From Candidatus Methylomirabilota bacterium (lineage in GTDB: Bacteria; Methylomirabilota; Methylomirabilia; Rokubacteriales; CSP1-6): a stretch of DNA of 64,000 nucleotides. Under the pieces are notes generated by a model. The model saw nothing but the letters and a program-made list of their open reading frames with translations. It was not told where the DNA came from and searched no databases. This document shows positions 19,164 through 28,564 of the stretch, one piece after another (position 1 is the first letter of the stretch; the number at the start of each line of letters is the position of its first letter). Location: the NCBI GenBank assembly GCA_046726415.1, contig JBKPAK010000103.1:15597-79596 (forward strand), given 5' to 3'. Made by a program: the position numbers and the translations under genes.

Positions 19164-20372
19164 ATGGCGGACCGATACGACCTCGCGATCGTGGGCGGCG
19201 GCATCGTGGGCCTCGCCACCGCGCGCGCTCTGGTCGAGCGGGCGCCGCGCGCCCGCATGGTCATCCTCGAGAAGGAGGATCACGTCGGCGCCCATCAGAC
19301 TGGTCACAATAGCGGCGTCATCCACTCCGGCATCTACTACAAACCGGGCTCCTACAAGGCCAGACTCTGCGTGGAGGGCAAGAATCTGATGTATGCCTTC
19401 TGCGAGCAGCACGGCATCAAGGTGGAGCGCTGCGGGAAGGTGATCGTGGCCACCACCGAAGAGGAGTTGCCGCGGCTCACGATGATCTACGAGCGCGGTC
19501 AGGCCAACGGAGTGCCCTGCGAGCTGATCGAGCGCGATCGGCTACGGGAGCTGGAGCCCCACGCCAACGCGCTCCGAGGGATCCATTCGCCCACCACGGG
19601 CATCATCGACTACAAGGAAGTGGTATCCGCGCTCATGGGCGAGCTGGTGGCGAGCGGTGTGGCGCTCGAGACCCGAGCGGCCGTCCAGCAGATCGCCCAC
19701 ACCCGCGACGGGCTCGTGCTCGTGACCCCACGGCTCATGGTGCAGGCGCGGCATCTCGTGAACTGCGTCGGCCTGCATTCGGACCGGGTGGCGCGGCTGG
19801 CCGGCGCGGAGCCGGACGTGCAGATCATACCCTTCCGGGGCGAGTACTACATGATCCGACCGGAGCGCCGCCACTTGGTGCGCACGCTCATCTACCCGGT
19901 GCCGGATCCCGAGTTTCCCTTCCTCGGCGTGCACTTGACTAATACGATCCACGGTGAGCTGGAAGCCGGTCCCAACGCCGTGCTGGCCTTGGCCCGCGAG
20001 GGTTACGGCTGGACCACGGTGAGCCTCGGCGACCTCGGGGACACGCTCAGCTATCTCGGCTTCTGGGCCATGGCGCGCCGCTACTGGAAAATGGGGGGCT
20101 TCGAGATCTATCGCTCGCTCAGCAAGCCGGCCTTCGTGCGCGCCCTGCAGCGGCTCGTACCCGACCTCCAATCGGACGATCTCGAGGGCGGTGGGGCGGG
20201 TGTGCGCGCGCAAGCGGTGAGCCCCGACGGGTCGCTGGTGGACGACTTCCGCATCGTCACCGGGCGGAACGCCATCCACGTGCTCAACGCGCCGTCGCCC
20301 GCGGCCACCGCCTCGCTGGCCATCGGCCGCCAAATCGCGGGCCTCGCCGCGGAGACGTTCAGCCTGGGCTAA
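19164..20372 (+). CDS. lhgO: L-2-hydroxyglutarate oxidase
   Basis: [47 protein letters not shown]. Confidence 0.9.
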   Translation: MADRYDLAIVGGGIVGLATARALVERAPRARMVILEKEDHVGAHQTGHNSGVIHSGIYYKPGSYKARLCVEGKNLMYAFCEQHGIKVERCGKVIVATTEEELPRLTMIYERGQANGVPCELIERDRLRELEPHANALRGIHSPTTGIIDYKEVVSALMGELVASGVALETRAAVQQIAHTRDGLVLVTPRLMVQARHLVNCVGLHSDRVARLAGAEPDVQIIPFRGEYYMIRPERRHLVRTLIYPVPDPEFPFLGVHLTNTIHGELEAGPNAVLALAREGYGWTTVSLGDLGDTLSYLGFWAMARRYWKMGGFEIYRSLSKPAFVRALQRLVPDLQSDDLEGGGAGVRAQAVSPDGSLVDDFRIVTGRNAIHVLNAPSPAATASLAIGRQIAGLAAETFSLG

Positions 20373-20417
20373 TTCCGTGGTCTGCCTCGCCGAGATCGCT
20401 GACGGCCTCCGCTGGCG

Positions 20418-21236
20418 GTGAGTGCCGTGCGCCTCGAGCGCGTCCTCGACGCTCTCGACCCGCGCCTGGCCGACTTCCGGGCATCGAAAGGCTCCGATCA
20501 CCGCGAGCGGGGCATCTTTGTCGTCGAGGGGCGGTTCGCCGTCCGCCAGCTCCTGCAAACGCCGCGCTTTGCCACGCGATCCGTGCTCACCACCGAAGCG
20601 ATGCTGGAGGGACTGCTCGATCTCCTGGAAGGTGGGTCGACGGCGCGCCCCGTCCTGGTCGCGTCGCACGCGATCATCCGCGCGGTCGTGGGCTTTGCGT
20701 TCCACCGCGGCTGCCTTGCCGTCGGCGAGCGATGCGCTCCAGTCAGTGCGGCGGAGCTGATCGAGCCACCGGGACCGCGGACGATTCTCGTGCTGGAGGC
20801 TCTGGTCGACCCCGAAAACGTCGGCGCGGTGTTCCGCAACGCCATGGCCTTCGCCGCCCACGCCGTGCTTCTCTCGCCAGGTTGCGGCGACCCGCTTGGC
20901 CGCAAGGCCATTCGCGTGAGCGCGGGCGGTACCCTGCGCGTCCCCTTCGCGACCCTCGACGACTGGCCCGATGGAATCTCCGGGCTCCGGGCATCCGGGT
21001 ACGACCTGATCGCGCTCACGCCGGACGGCGCAATGAATCTGGCTCAGCTCGGTCGCGCTCACCCGCTCGGCTCTCGCGTGAGCATCCTTCTCGGCAACGA
21101 GGGAAGCGGCCTGAGCCAAGCCGCTCGGAAGGAAGCGACACTGACCGTCCGCGTCGCCATGGCCACCGGCGTTGACTCACTCAACGTGGCCACCGCGTGC
21201 GGGATTGCTCTGTATCATCTAAGCTGGGGGGCCTAG
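20418..21236 (+). CDS. TrmH/SpoU family RNA methyltransferase
   Basis: DPENVGAVFRNA, LGNEGSGL, VDSLNVATA. Confidence 0.92.
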   Translation: MSAVRLERVLDALDPRLADFRASKGSDHRERGIFVVEGRFAVRQLLQTPRFATRSVLTTEAMLEGLLDLLEGGSTARPVLVASHAIIRAVVGFAFHRGCLAVGERCAPVSAAELIEPPGPRTILVLEALVDPENVGAVFRNAMAFAAHAVLLSPGCGDPLGRKAIRVSAGGTLRVPFATLDDWPDGISGLRASGYDLIALTPDGAMNLAQLGRAHPLGSRVSILLGNEGSGLSQAARKEATLTVRVAMATGVDSLNVATACGIALYHLSWGA

Positions 21237-21380
21237 CCCGGGCCCCCCAAGCCCCCCCCCGACGCTCGGGGCGGCCCGGCGGAGCCGTGCCGCCCCTCGA
21301 GCACGCGCCAGCTTGGCGGGCCTGACGATGCCCCCCAACCCCTCCGCGCCGCGCCCCGGGAAACCCGGAGCGCTCGTCGA
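21226..21380 (+). repeat. Two tandem copies of a two-stem GC-rich REP-like element
   Basis: GGGGGGCC..GGCCCCCC-C run-GACGCTC-stem-TCGA (21226-21300) and a degenerate second copy ending CGCTCGTCGA (21313-21380), between convergent genes. Confidence 0.7.
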
Positions 21381-21388
21381 TTCGCGAA

Positions 21389-23122
21389 TCAGGCCTTCTC
21401 GACCATGTAGATGTGGGTGAGCATGTCGAAGTAGATGTTGCCGTCGACCACCAGCTCGCCCTGCCGGTTCTTCTCGAGGCCGCGCACGGGGGGCTTGGCC
21501 GCCGCGTAGCGCACGACCCACGCCACCGGCACGTAGCCGGCGTCAGTCTGCAGGATCTCCTCGGCCTTGGCGTAGTGTTGCAGGCGTTTCTTGGGATCGC
21601 GGGTGTCCCGCCCCGCCTCCAGCTCCCTGTCGAAGGCGTCGTTGACCCACGCCTGGCGCTTCCCGGTGGTCTTTTTGCCGTAGAACGTGTCGAAATACTC
21701 GTTGTGCGGATCCGGGTAGTCCATGAACCAGCGGATCCACACGAACTGGTGTTCCTGCTTCCACAGGCGCTCGCGGAACACGCGCTGCTCGAGCACCTCG
21801 AGGTCGGTCTTCATGTTGAGATGCTCCAGGAGCACCGACTGCACAGCCTCGGCCAGGGGCTTGGAGCCAAGGCCCTCTTCTCGCATCGAGAGCGTGATCT
21901 TCGGCCAGTTGCGGCCACCCTCGAAGGGCGTGCCCTTGAGCTGGGCCAGGGCGGCCTTCGGATCAAAGCGCTGGATGTCCCGGATCTTCTTGTCGTCGAG
22001 CGCGCCCGGAAAGCCCGGCGGGATCATCGCGTGGGCCGGGATGGCAAAGCCCTGCGAGACGCGCACGATGTTCTCCCGGTCGATGGCGTGGCCCACCGCG
22101 CGCCGCACCTTCACGTTGTCGAAGGGCGGCTTGGTCACCTGGGGCAGGAGGTACCACGTGCCGGGGAACGGATAGCGGAAGACCTCCTTGCCGGTGCGAG
22201 CATCGCCCTGGAGCCGCTTGAGATCGGCCGTCTGCAGGGCGGTCAGATCGATCTCGTTGTTCTCGTACGGCAGGGCCCCGGAGGCTATCGGGATGATCGG
22301 GATGACCGCCTTCTCGAGCGTCATGTCCTTGGCGCCGAGGAAGTGCTTGTTCTTCTTGAGCACCATGACTTTGTTGTGCTCCCAGGACTCGAGCACGAAC
22401 GGTCCGTTGCAGACGATGTTGGCGGCCTCCGTCCACTTGTCGCCGAACTTCTCGATAGAGGCCTTGTGGCCGGGGAGGGCCGCCAGGTACGCGGCCAGCA
22501 CGGGGAAGTACCCCCGTGGCCCCTCGAGGGTGACCTCGAGCGTCCAGTCGTCTTTGGCGCGGATGCCAACCTGCCCGGGGTCGGTGACTTGCTTCTTGTT
22601 GAAGGCCTCTGCGTTCTTGATGTCGTACAGGAACGACGAGTACGGAGCGGCCGTCGCCGGGTCGAGCTGGCGCTTCCAGGAGTACTCGAAGTCGCGCGCG
22701 GTGCACGGACCGCCGTCTGACCACTTCGAATCCCTGCGAATGGCGAACGTCCAGACCGACCCCTCCGCGTTCGACGTCACCTTGCTCGCCACGTAGAGGA
22801 CCGGTTCGAAGTTCGCGGTGCACTTCATGAGGCCGGCCCACAGGGCGGGCACGCCAGCGCAGTACAGGTCCTTGTTGAAGTCGTGGCTCGACGGGTCGTT
22901 TTGCCACCAGCCACCGCCGCCCAGGCGGAGGGTCTGATCTCTGGCCAGCTTCTCGCCTGGAGCGAGCTTGGGCTGGGCGATGGCTGGCCTGGTGTTGAAG
23001 CCGGCCGGTCCCAGGGCGGCCAGGGCCGCCGCGATCTTGAGGAAGGTGCGCCGGTCCACCCCGGCCGCGGACGAGCGCCGCTCGAGCAGATCGAACTGCC
23101 GGTCGGAGATATGAGGCGTCAT
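21389..23122 (-). CDS. oppA: Peptide ABC transporter substrate-binding protein (family 5), Tat signal
   Basis: DRRTFLK twin-arginine motif; WSDG..TARDFEYSW, NGPFVL, PPFDNVKVRRA, W..DYPDP. Confidence 0.88.
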   Translation of the reverse strand: MTPHISDRQFDLLERRSSAAGVDRRTFLKIAAALAALGPAGFNTRPAIAQPKLAPGEKLARDQTLRLGGGGWWQNDPSSHDFNKDLYCAGVPALWAGLMKCTANFEPVLYVASKVTSNAEGSVWTFAIRRDSKWSDGGPCTARDFEYSWKRQLDPATAAPYSSFLYDIKNAEAFNKKQVTDPGQVGIRAKDDWTLEVTLEGPRGYFPVLAAYLAALPGHKASIEKFGDKWTEAANIVCNGPFVLESWEHNKVMVLKKNKHFLGAKDMTLEKAVIPIIPIASGALPYENNEIDLTALQTADLKRLQGDARTGKEVFRYPFPGTWYLLPQVTKPPFDNVKVRRAVGHAIDRENIVRVSQGFAIPAHAMIPPGFPGALDDKKIRDIQRFDPKAALAQLKGTPFEGGRNWPKITLSMREEGLGSKPLAEAVQSVLLEHLNMKTDLEVLEQRVFRERLWKQEHQFVWIRWFMDYPDPHNEYFDTFYGKKTTGKRQAWVNDAFDRELEAGRDTRDPKKRLQHYAKAEEILQTDAGYVPVAWVVRYAAAKPPVRGLEKNRQGELVVDGNIYFDMLTHIYMVEKA

Positions 23123-23144
23123 CGCGTGGACTCCTTTCCTGCGC

Positions 23145-24116
23145 TCATTTCAGTCTTGGGTCGAGGGCGTCGCGCACGCCGTCGCCGAGGAAGGTGAACG
23201 ACAGCATGGTGATGGCAATGGCAATCGACGGGAACACGCACAGATGCCAGGCCGACCTCAGATACTGCTGCCCCTCGCCGACCATCTGGCCCCACGAGGG
23301 GGTGGGGGGATTGATGCCCACGCCGATGAAGCTGAGCGCCGCCTCCGTAAAGATAGCCTCCGGGATGCCAAAGGTGACGGCGACGACGATGGGCGTCAAC
23401 GCATTCGGCAGGATGTGGCGGAGCAGCAAGCGGCCGGACCGCGCCCCCAGTGACCGGGCGCCCTCCACGAATTCCTTGGCCCGGATGGCGAGGACCTGCG
23501 CGCGCGTCTGGCGGGCGATCCCCACCCAACCGGTGAGGCCGATGGCGATGAAGATATTCGTCAAGCCCGCACCCAGCATGGACATCACGAGGATCACGAA
23601 GAGCAGACGCGGAAACGCGTACATCACGTCGATGAACCGGGTGAGCAGCAGATCGGTCCGCCCACCGACGTAGCCGGACAGCGCGCCGATGGGAACGCCG
23701 ATGGCCACCACGATCAGCTGCGCGCCGAGACCCACGAGCATCGACACGCGGGCCCCGTAGATCATGCGCGAGAGCATGTCCCGGCCGAGATTGTCGGTGC
23801 CCAGCGGATAGTCGTGGGTCGGCCCTTCGTTCAGCCGGCCGAAGTTGGTCTTGGTGTACGAGTACGGGGCGAGCACGTCCGCGAAGATGGCGACGAGGAC
23901 CAGCAGAATGACGACGACCCCGCCCCCCACGGCCAGCCGGTTCCGGAGGAGTCGGCGAAACGCATCGCGCCACAGGCTGCTGGAGCGGGTGGCCCCGCCG
24001 GTGGCCTCGTCGGCGATTGAGCGCGGGCTTTGCCCGCGCAACTCCTCGACGGGATGGGACGGGGGGCGCAGCCCCCCTCCGACGTTAGTACCGGATGCGG
24101 GGGTCGAGAGCGCCAT
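23145..24116 (-). CDS. oppC: Peptide ABC transporter permease (OppC-like)
   Basis: PLGTDNLGRD, EFVEGARSLGA, HILPN, GDGVRDALDPR. Confidence 0.9.
   Translation of the reverse strand: MALSTPASGTNVGGGLRPPSHPVEELRGQSPRSIADEATGGATRSSSLWRDAFRRLLRNRLAVGGGVVVILLVLVAIFADVLAPYSYTKTNFGRLNEGPTHDYPLGTDNLGRDMLSRMIYGARVSMLVGLGAQLIVVAIGVPIGALSGYVGGRTDLLLTRFIDVMYAFPRLLFVILVMSMLGAGLTNIFIAIGLTGWVGIARQTRAQVLAIRAKEFVEGARSLGARSGRLLLRHILPNALTPIVVAVTFGIPEAIFTEAALSFIGVGINPPTPSWGQMVGEGQQYLRSAWHLCVFPSIAIAITMLSFTFLGDGVRDALDPRLK
24019..24083 (-). repeat. Two-stem REP-like element inside the oppC reading frame
   Basis: Stems GGGGGGC-TGC-GCCCCCC (24061-24077) and GCGCGGGC-AAA-GCCCGCGC (24021-24039) followed by TCAATCG. 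Confidence 0.65.
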
Positions 24117-25011
24117 AGGCGAGGTCGACGACGAGATTCATGACGGCGAGGAACGCCCCGTAGGAGAGGACCACGGCCATGATCATCGGATAGTCGCGTC
24201 CGGTCATCGAGAGCACGAAGAAGCGGCCCATTCCGGGCACCCGGAAGATCGACTCCACGAAGAACGAGCCGGTCCCCACTGCGGCGAACATCGGCCCCAG
24301 CAAGGTCACGATGGGGATCAGCGCGTTCTTGAAGGCGTGCTTGAGGATCACCGGCGCCTCGCCGAGTCCCTTCGCGCGCGCGGTCAGGGTGAAATCGGAC
24401 CGGATGACCTCCAGCATGCTCGCCCGCGTGAAGCGCGCGATGAGTCCCATGGGGGCCAGGGCGAGCGTCACGGTCGGCAGGATCCAGTTTCGCCACGAAT
24501 CCCAGCCTCCCGTGGGAAACAAGGGCACGACGAACGAGAACAGGATGATCAGGAAGACAGCGAGGACGAAGTTGGGGACAGCAACCCCGAAGGTAGCGAG
24601 GGTCACCGACACGTAGTCCCACATGCGATTCTGGTAGGTGGCGGCGAGCACGCCGAGGCTCACGCCCCCGGCGATCGCCAGGGCCAGGGCCATCGATCCG
24701 AGGAAGAGAGAAATAGGAAAGGTCTCGCGGAGGATCTCGCTGACCGTCCGCGTCTTGTAGACGAACGAGTTGCCGAAATCCCCGCACACCGCCTTGGCGA
24801 CGAAGATGGCGAACTGTTGCCAGAGGGGTCTATCGAGCCCGTACGCCGCGGCCAGGTTTTTCTGGGCCTCCGGCGACAGTGGGTTGGCCCCCTCGGCCAC
24901 GGGGTCCAGGGGGCTCCCCGGCGTAGCGTGCATCACGAGAAACGTCACCAGGGCCATGGCCAGGAGCGTGGGGACCAGCCACAGCATGCGCGAGACGGCG
25001 TATTGGATCAC
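24085..25011 (-). CDS. oppB: Peptide ABC transporter permease (OppB-like)
   Basis: YGLDRPLWQQ, TARAKGL, ESIFRVPGMG, RDYP, LDPRIRY. Confidence 0.92.
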   Translation of the reverse strand: MIQYAVSRMLWLVPTLLAMALVTFLVMHATPGSPLDPVAEGANPLSPEAQKNLAAAYGLDRPLWQQFAIFVAKAVCGDFGNSFVYKTRTVSEILRETFPISLFLGSMALALAIAGGVSLGVLAATYQNRMWDYVSVTLATFGVAVPNFVLAVFLIILFSFVVPLFPTGGWDSWRNWILPTVTLALAPMGLIARFTRASMLEVIRSDFTLTARAKGLGEAPVILKHAFKNALIPIVTLLGPMFAAVGTGSFFVESIFRVPGMGRFFVLSMTGRDYPMIMAVVLSYGAFLAVMNLVVDLAYGALDPRIRY

Positions 25012-25103
25012 GCGAAGCCTCCGGGCGCCTCTGCGGCGAGGCCGATGCTCGCTACGGGTGCCTTACTATTCAGGCTCAGGCCCGGAGCAGTCAAGTATCG
25101 GAC

Positions 25104-25350
25104 TCATCGCGCCAACGCGACGCACGCCACCCCACCGAGGACGAGCCGCCCCCGCCAGGCGGGGACTGGCATGGCCTTCGCGCATGAGGAGGCTGCCGAT
25201 CAGCACCGAGAGGACGATCGACGTTTCGCGCGCAGCGACCACGTACCCGGCCTTCGACAGACGGAAGGCCAAGAGGACGAGGAGGTAGCTCGTGAGGTTC
25301 ATGCTGGACGCCACCGCGATGGCTCGCGCGTTCACGCGCCACTCACCGCA
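25104..25350 (-). pseudogene. C-terminal remnant of an EamA/DMT transporter
   Basis: SYLLVLLAFRLSKAGYVVAARETSIVLSVLIG...REG..RLAGAA, frameshift, then LVLGGVACVALAR*; no N-terminal part. Confidence 0.75.
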
Positions 25351-25391
25351 ACGAGAACCTTTCGGTGGGTCAATGGCGAAAAAACCATCTA

Positions 25392-25420
25392 TTGACAGAC
25401 ATTTGTCGATCGGCTAGAGT
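25392..25420 (+). promoter_or_regulatory. Strong sigma70-type promoter, likely leaderless transcript
   Basis: TTGACA(25392)-17 nt-TAGAGT(25415), 6 nt before ATG 25427; no SD. Confidence 0.8.
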
Positions 25421-25426
25421 TCCCGC

Positions 25427-26560
25427 ATGATCACGGTTCCCGCGCACCGCGTCAAGCAATTCGGGGTGGAGTTCTATCAGGCGGGACTGTCCGTCAAGGA
25501 CATCGACCGTCTGGTCAAGTTCGAGGTGCTCGGCTACGCAGGCGGTCCGAAGCCGGCCCAGCACGGCCCGAGCAAGGCGGCCGCGCGCTCCCGCGTCAAC
25601 TGGGACAGCCTCGAACGGCGAATCAGCGAGAGCGAGGCCGCCTATCAGCGTCCAGTCATCCGGCGCAAGATCGACGAGATCATCGCCTACTACCGGGAGT
25701 GCAAGGACTCCGCGACCCTGCCGGCCATCCCCGGCGCCGTCATCATCACCTCTGAGAAGCGCTTCACCTTCACGCCCGTGGCCGGCCACCACGATCTCGG
25801 CCTCCTGCAGATCCCCGAGGAGCACGGGGTGCTGCGCGTCCTCGACGGCCAGCACCGCCTGCTCGCGTTGCACGGGCTGAGCCAAGGCGGGAACAACCTC
25901 GGCATCGAGGTGCCCGCCGTCCTGTTCGATTCGCTCGACGCGCGCCAGATCGTGGAGCTGTTCGTCACCATCAACGCCAAGCACACGCGCCTCAATCCAT
26001 CGCACATCATCAGTCTGGCCGGGCGCAAGCTCTATCCCGATCCCAACCAGGCGCTGGCCCACGACGTCATCCGCTCGCTGAACGAGGACGAGACGTCGCC
26101 CCTGCACGGCGAGATCAAGATGCTGGGCACCGGGCGCGGCCGCGTGAGCCAGGCGCCGCTGGCCGAAGAGATCGTCGATTTCTTCGAGACGGTGGAGAAG
26201 GTGGGAGGCGCGGGCAAGATCCAGGAGCTGCGCGGCGGCGCCAAGCGCTTCTTCCTCAACTATGTCAAGGCGCTCGCCGGCATCTTTCCCACCGCGTGGG
26301 CAGGGCGAAAATACTCCATCAAGACGGGCGCGGCCCTGCGCGCCTTCATCCGCGTGGCGCCCGACGTCATGGCGCGCGCCCGGGAGCTGCGGCGCGATCC
26401 GTTCGACCTGAACGCGATCCGCGAGGCCATTCGCCCCTGGGGCGACCGGCTGCGCGATCGCCGCTTCGAGACCGAGGGAGAGTGGAAACTGAAGCTCGCC
26501 GGGGGCACCCGGGGCACGGTCGAAGTTCTGACCCGCGAACTCCGCGACGCCCTGCGCTAG
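25427..26560 (+). CDS. DGQHR domain protein (DndB-like)
   Basis: YQR motif, VLDGQHRL, LFVTIN. Confidence 0.85.
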   Translation: MITVPAHRVKQFGVEFYQAGLSVKDIDRLVKFEVLGYAGGPKPAQHGPSKAAARSRVNWDSLERRISESEAAYQRPVIRRKIDEIIAYYRECKDSATLPAIPGAVIITSEKRFTFTPVAGHHDLGLLQIPEEHGVLRVLDGQHRLLALHGLSQGGNNLGIEVPAVLFDSLDARQIVELFVTINAKHTRLNPSHIISLAGRKLYPDPNQALAHDVIRSLNEDETSPLHGEIKMLGTGRGRVSQAPLAEEIVDFFETVEKVGGAGKIQELRGGAKRFFLNYVKALAGIFPTAWAGRKYSIKTGAALRAFIRVAPDVMARARELRRDPFDLNAIREAIRPWGDRLRDRRFETEGEWKLKLAGGTRGTVEVLTRELRDALR

Positions 26561-26591
26561 GTCATCGAAGGGGCCCTCGAGGTCCCCCTCC

Positions 26592-27092
26592 TCAGGGACC
26601 GGCTTCCTCGTCTTCCAGCCAGGCGAAGTTCACGTCGAGAATCTCGAAGGTCTTCGCCCCTCCCGGAAGTTGCGCCTTCACGGTATCGCCGACCCTCTTG
26701 CCGATGAGGGTGCGCGCCAGCGGCGCGAGAACCGAGATGCGCCCGCGCGCGGGGGCGGCCTCGTCGGAGCCCACGATCCAGTACCTGACGTCCTTCCCCG
26801 ATTCATCCTCGAGACGGACGGTGGACCCGAAGGTGACGCGATCGCCGGTCGTGGGGGGATCGATGACTTCGGCGTGACCGATCTTTCCCTCCAGATCGTT
26901 GATCCGTCCCTCGATGAAGCTCTGCTTCTCACGGGCCGCGTGATACTCGGCGTTCTCGCTGAGGTCGCCGTGCGCCCGCGCCTCGGCGATGGCCCGGGTG
27001 ATCGCCGGGCGCTCCACGCGCTTGAGGCGGTCCAGCTCATCGCGCAGGCGCTCGAATCCCGTGCGCGTCATGGGTGTTCGCGGCGTCGACAT
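26592..27092 (-). CDS. greA: Transcription elongation factor GreA
   Basis: [39 protein letters not shown]. Confidence 0.95.
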   Translation of the reverse strand: MSTPRTPMTRTGFERLRDELDRLKRVERPAITRAIAEARAHGDLSENAEYHAAREKQSFIEGRINDLEGKIGHAEVIDPPTTGDRVTFGSTVRLEDESGKDVRYWIVGSDEAAPARGRISVLAPLARTLIGKRVGDTVKAQLPGGAKTFEILDVNFAWLEDEEAGP

Positions 27093-27139
27093 GCGCCTTA
27101 CGTTAGCACGGTGTGCGGGGATGGTACGCTGGGGGCGCC

Positions 27140-28453
27140 ATGGTGCGTTCCCGGTGGTTCGCCCTCCTCGCGACGGCGCTCGCGCTGGCCGGGAGCGCGT
27201 GCAGTCGATCGCAGGCCGAGGCGCCCGCCAAGCCCGGGGGGGCGCCGGCCGCCGGACCGCGCGCCATTCCCATCACGGTCGGCCGCGCCGAGACGCGCGC
27301 GGTGCAGCGCTCCGTGGAGACGAGCGGGAGCCTCCTGGCCGGGGAGGAAATGCTCGCCAAAACCGAACAGTCTGGCACCATCGCCAAGCTCTTCGCCGAT
27401 CTTGGCGATCGCGTCGCCGCCGGCGCCACCTTGGCCGAGTATGACCGCCGCGAATTCCAGCTGGCCGTGGATCAGGCGCAGGCGGACCTCAATGCGGCCC
27501 GCGAGGCTCTCGCCCGTTCCCAGGCCACGGCGGCGGCGACCGAGGCCTCGCTCCAGCGCGTGAAGGATAATGTGGCTTCCCTCGATGCCGACGTGGCGCG
27601 CGCCCAATCGCAGGTGGACTGGGCACGGTCTGAGCTCGAGCGGAATCAGCAACTGTTCGCCAAGGAGATCATCGCGGCCCGCGACGTGGACAATGCCCGC
27701 AATCAGTACAACACCGCGGCCGCCCAACTCACCATGATGAAGACGGCCGCCGCGCAGCATCCGGACCAGGTGCGGGTGGCCGAGGCCCAGCTGCGCTCCG
27801 ACCGGGCCGCCGTGCGGGCTGCCGAGGCCACTGTGAAGCAGCGGGAGGCCGCGCTCGGCCTCGTCGAAAAGCGGCTGGGGGACACTCGAGTGAAGGCGTC
27901 CATCAGCGGCTCCATCGCCAAGCGTCACGTGTCCGCTGGTGAGTTCGTGAAGGACAACACGCCGCTCTTCACCATCGTCATCACCAATCCGCTCAAGTAC
28001 GCCGGCACCGTGCCCGAGCGACAGGCCCCCGAGCTGAAGGTCGGCCAGACTCTTCGGCTGAGCGTCGAGGCCTATCCCGGCAAAGCGTTCACGGGGACGA
28101 TCACCCGCTTGGCCCCTGCGGTCGACGTGGCCACGCGCACCCTGGCCGTCGAGGCCCGCGTTCCCAACGACGCCAACGCGCTGCGGCCCGGCTTCTTCGC
28201 CAAGGGCAACGTCCTCACCCGCGAGGATCCCAGCGTGGTGGTGGTGCCCTCTGACGCCCTGATGAATGTGGTGGGCCTCAACAAGGTTTTCGTGATCGCC
28301 GACGGCAAGGCTCAGGAGCGCCAGGTGCGGCCCGGGGCCCGGCAGGAGGGCATCCTCGAGATCCTGCAGGGCGTGAAGGCCGGGGAGACGGTGGCTACCT
28401 CGAACCTGCCAGCTCTCTACCACGGCGCCGCCGTCACCGTGGTCGCGCGTTAG
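27140..28453 (+). CDS. RND efflux periplasmic adaptor (MFP), lipoprotein
   Basis: Lipobox GSAC; long alpha-helical hairpin; [15 protein letters not shown]; start ATG 27140. Confidence 0.9.
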   Translation: MVRSRWFALLATALALAGSACSRSQAEAPAKPGGAPAAGPRAIPITVGRAETRAVQRSVETSGSLLAGEEMLAKTEQSGTIAKLFADLGDRVAAGATLAEYDRREFQLAVDQAQADLNAAREALARSQATAAATEASLQRVKDNVASLDADVARAQSQVDWARSELERNQQLFAKEIIAARDVDNARNQYNTAAAQLTMMKTAAAQHPDQVRVAEAQLRSDRAAVRAAEATVKQREAALGLVEKRLGDTRVKASISGSIAKRHVSAGEFVKDNTPLFTIVITNPLKYAGTVPERQAPELKVGQTLRLSVEAYPGKAFTGTITRLAPAVDVATRTLAVEARVPNDANALRPGFFAKGNVLTREDPSVVVVPSDALMNVVGLNKVFVIADGKAQERQVRPGARQEGILEILQGVKAGETVATSNLPALYHGAAVTVVAR

Positions 28454-28564
28454 ACGGCAGCCATGCGTGCCCATCGCTCGCCATGACCGTCGACCGCGGA
28501 GCGCAGCCCCGCGCGCCCATCACTTGCCACCTTCGGCTCGAGCCGTGCTAGCGCCCTCGTTACA

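Noticed and set aside
25071-25092. SRP RNA-like TCAGGCCCGGAGCAG
   Set aside because: Lacks the GGAAGGAAGCAG core and the flanking rod; more likely the opp promoter region.
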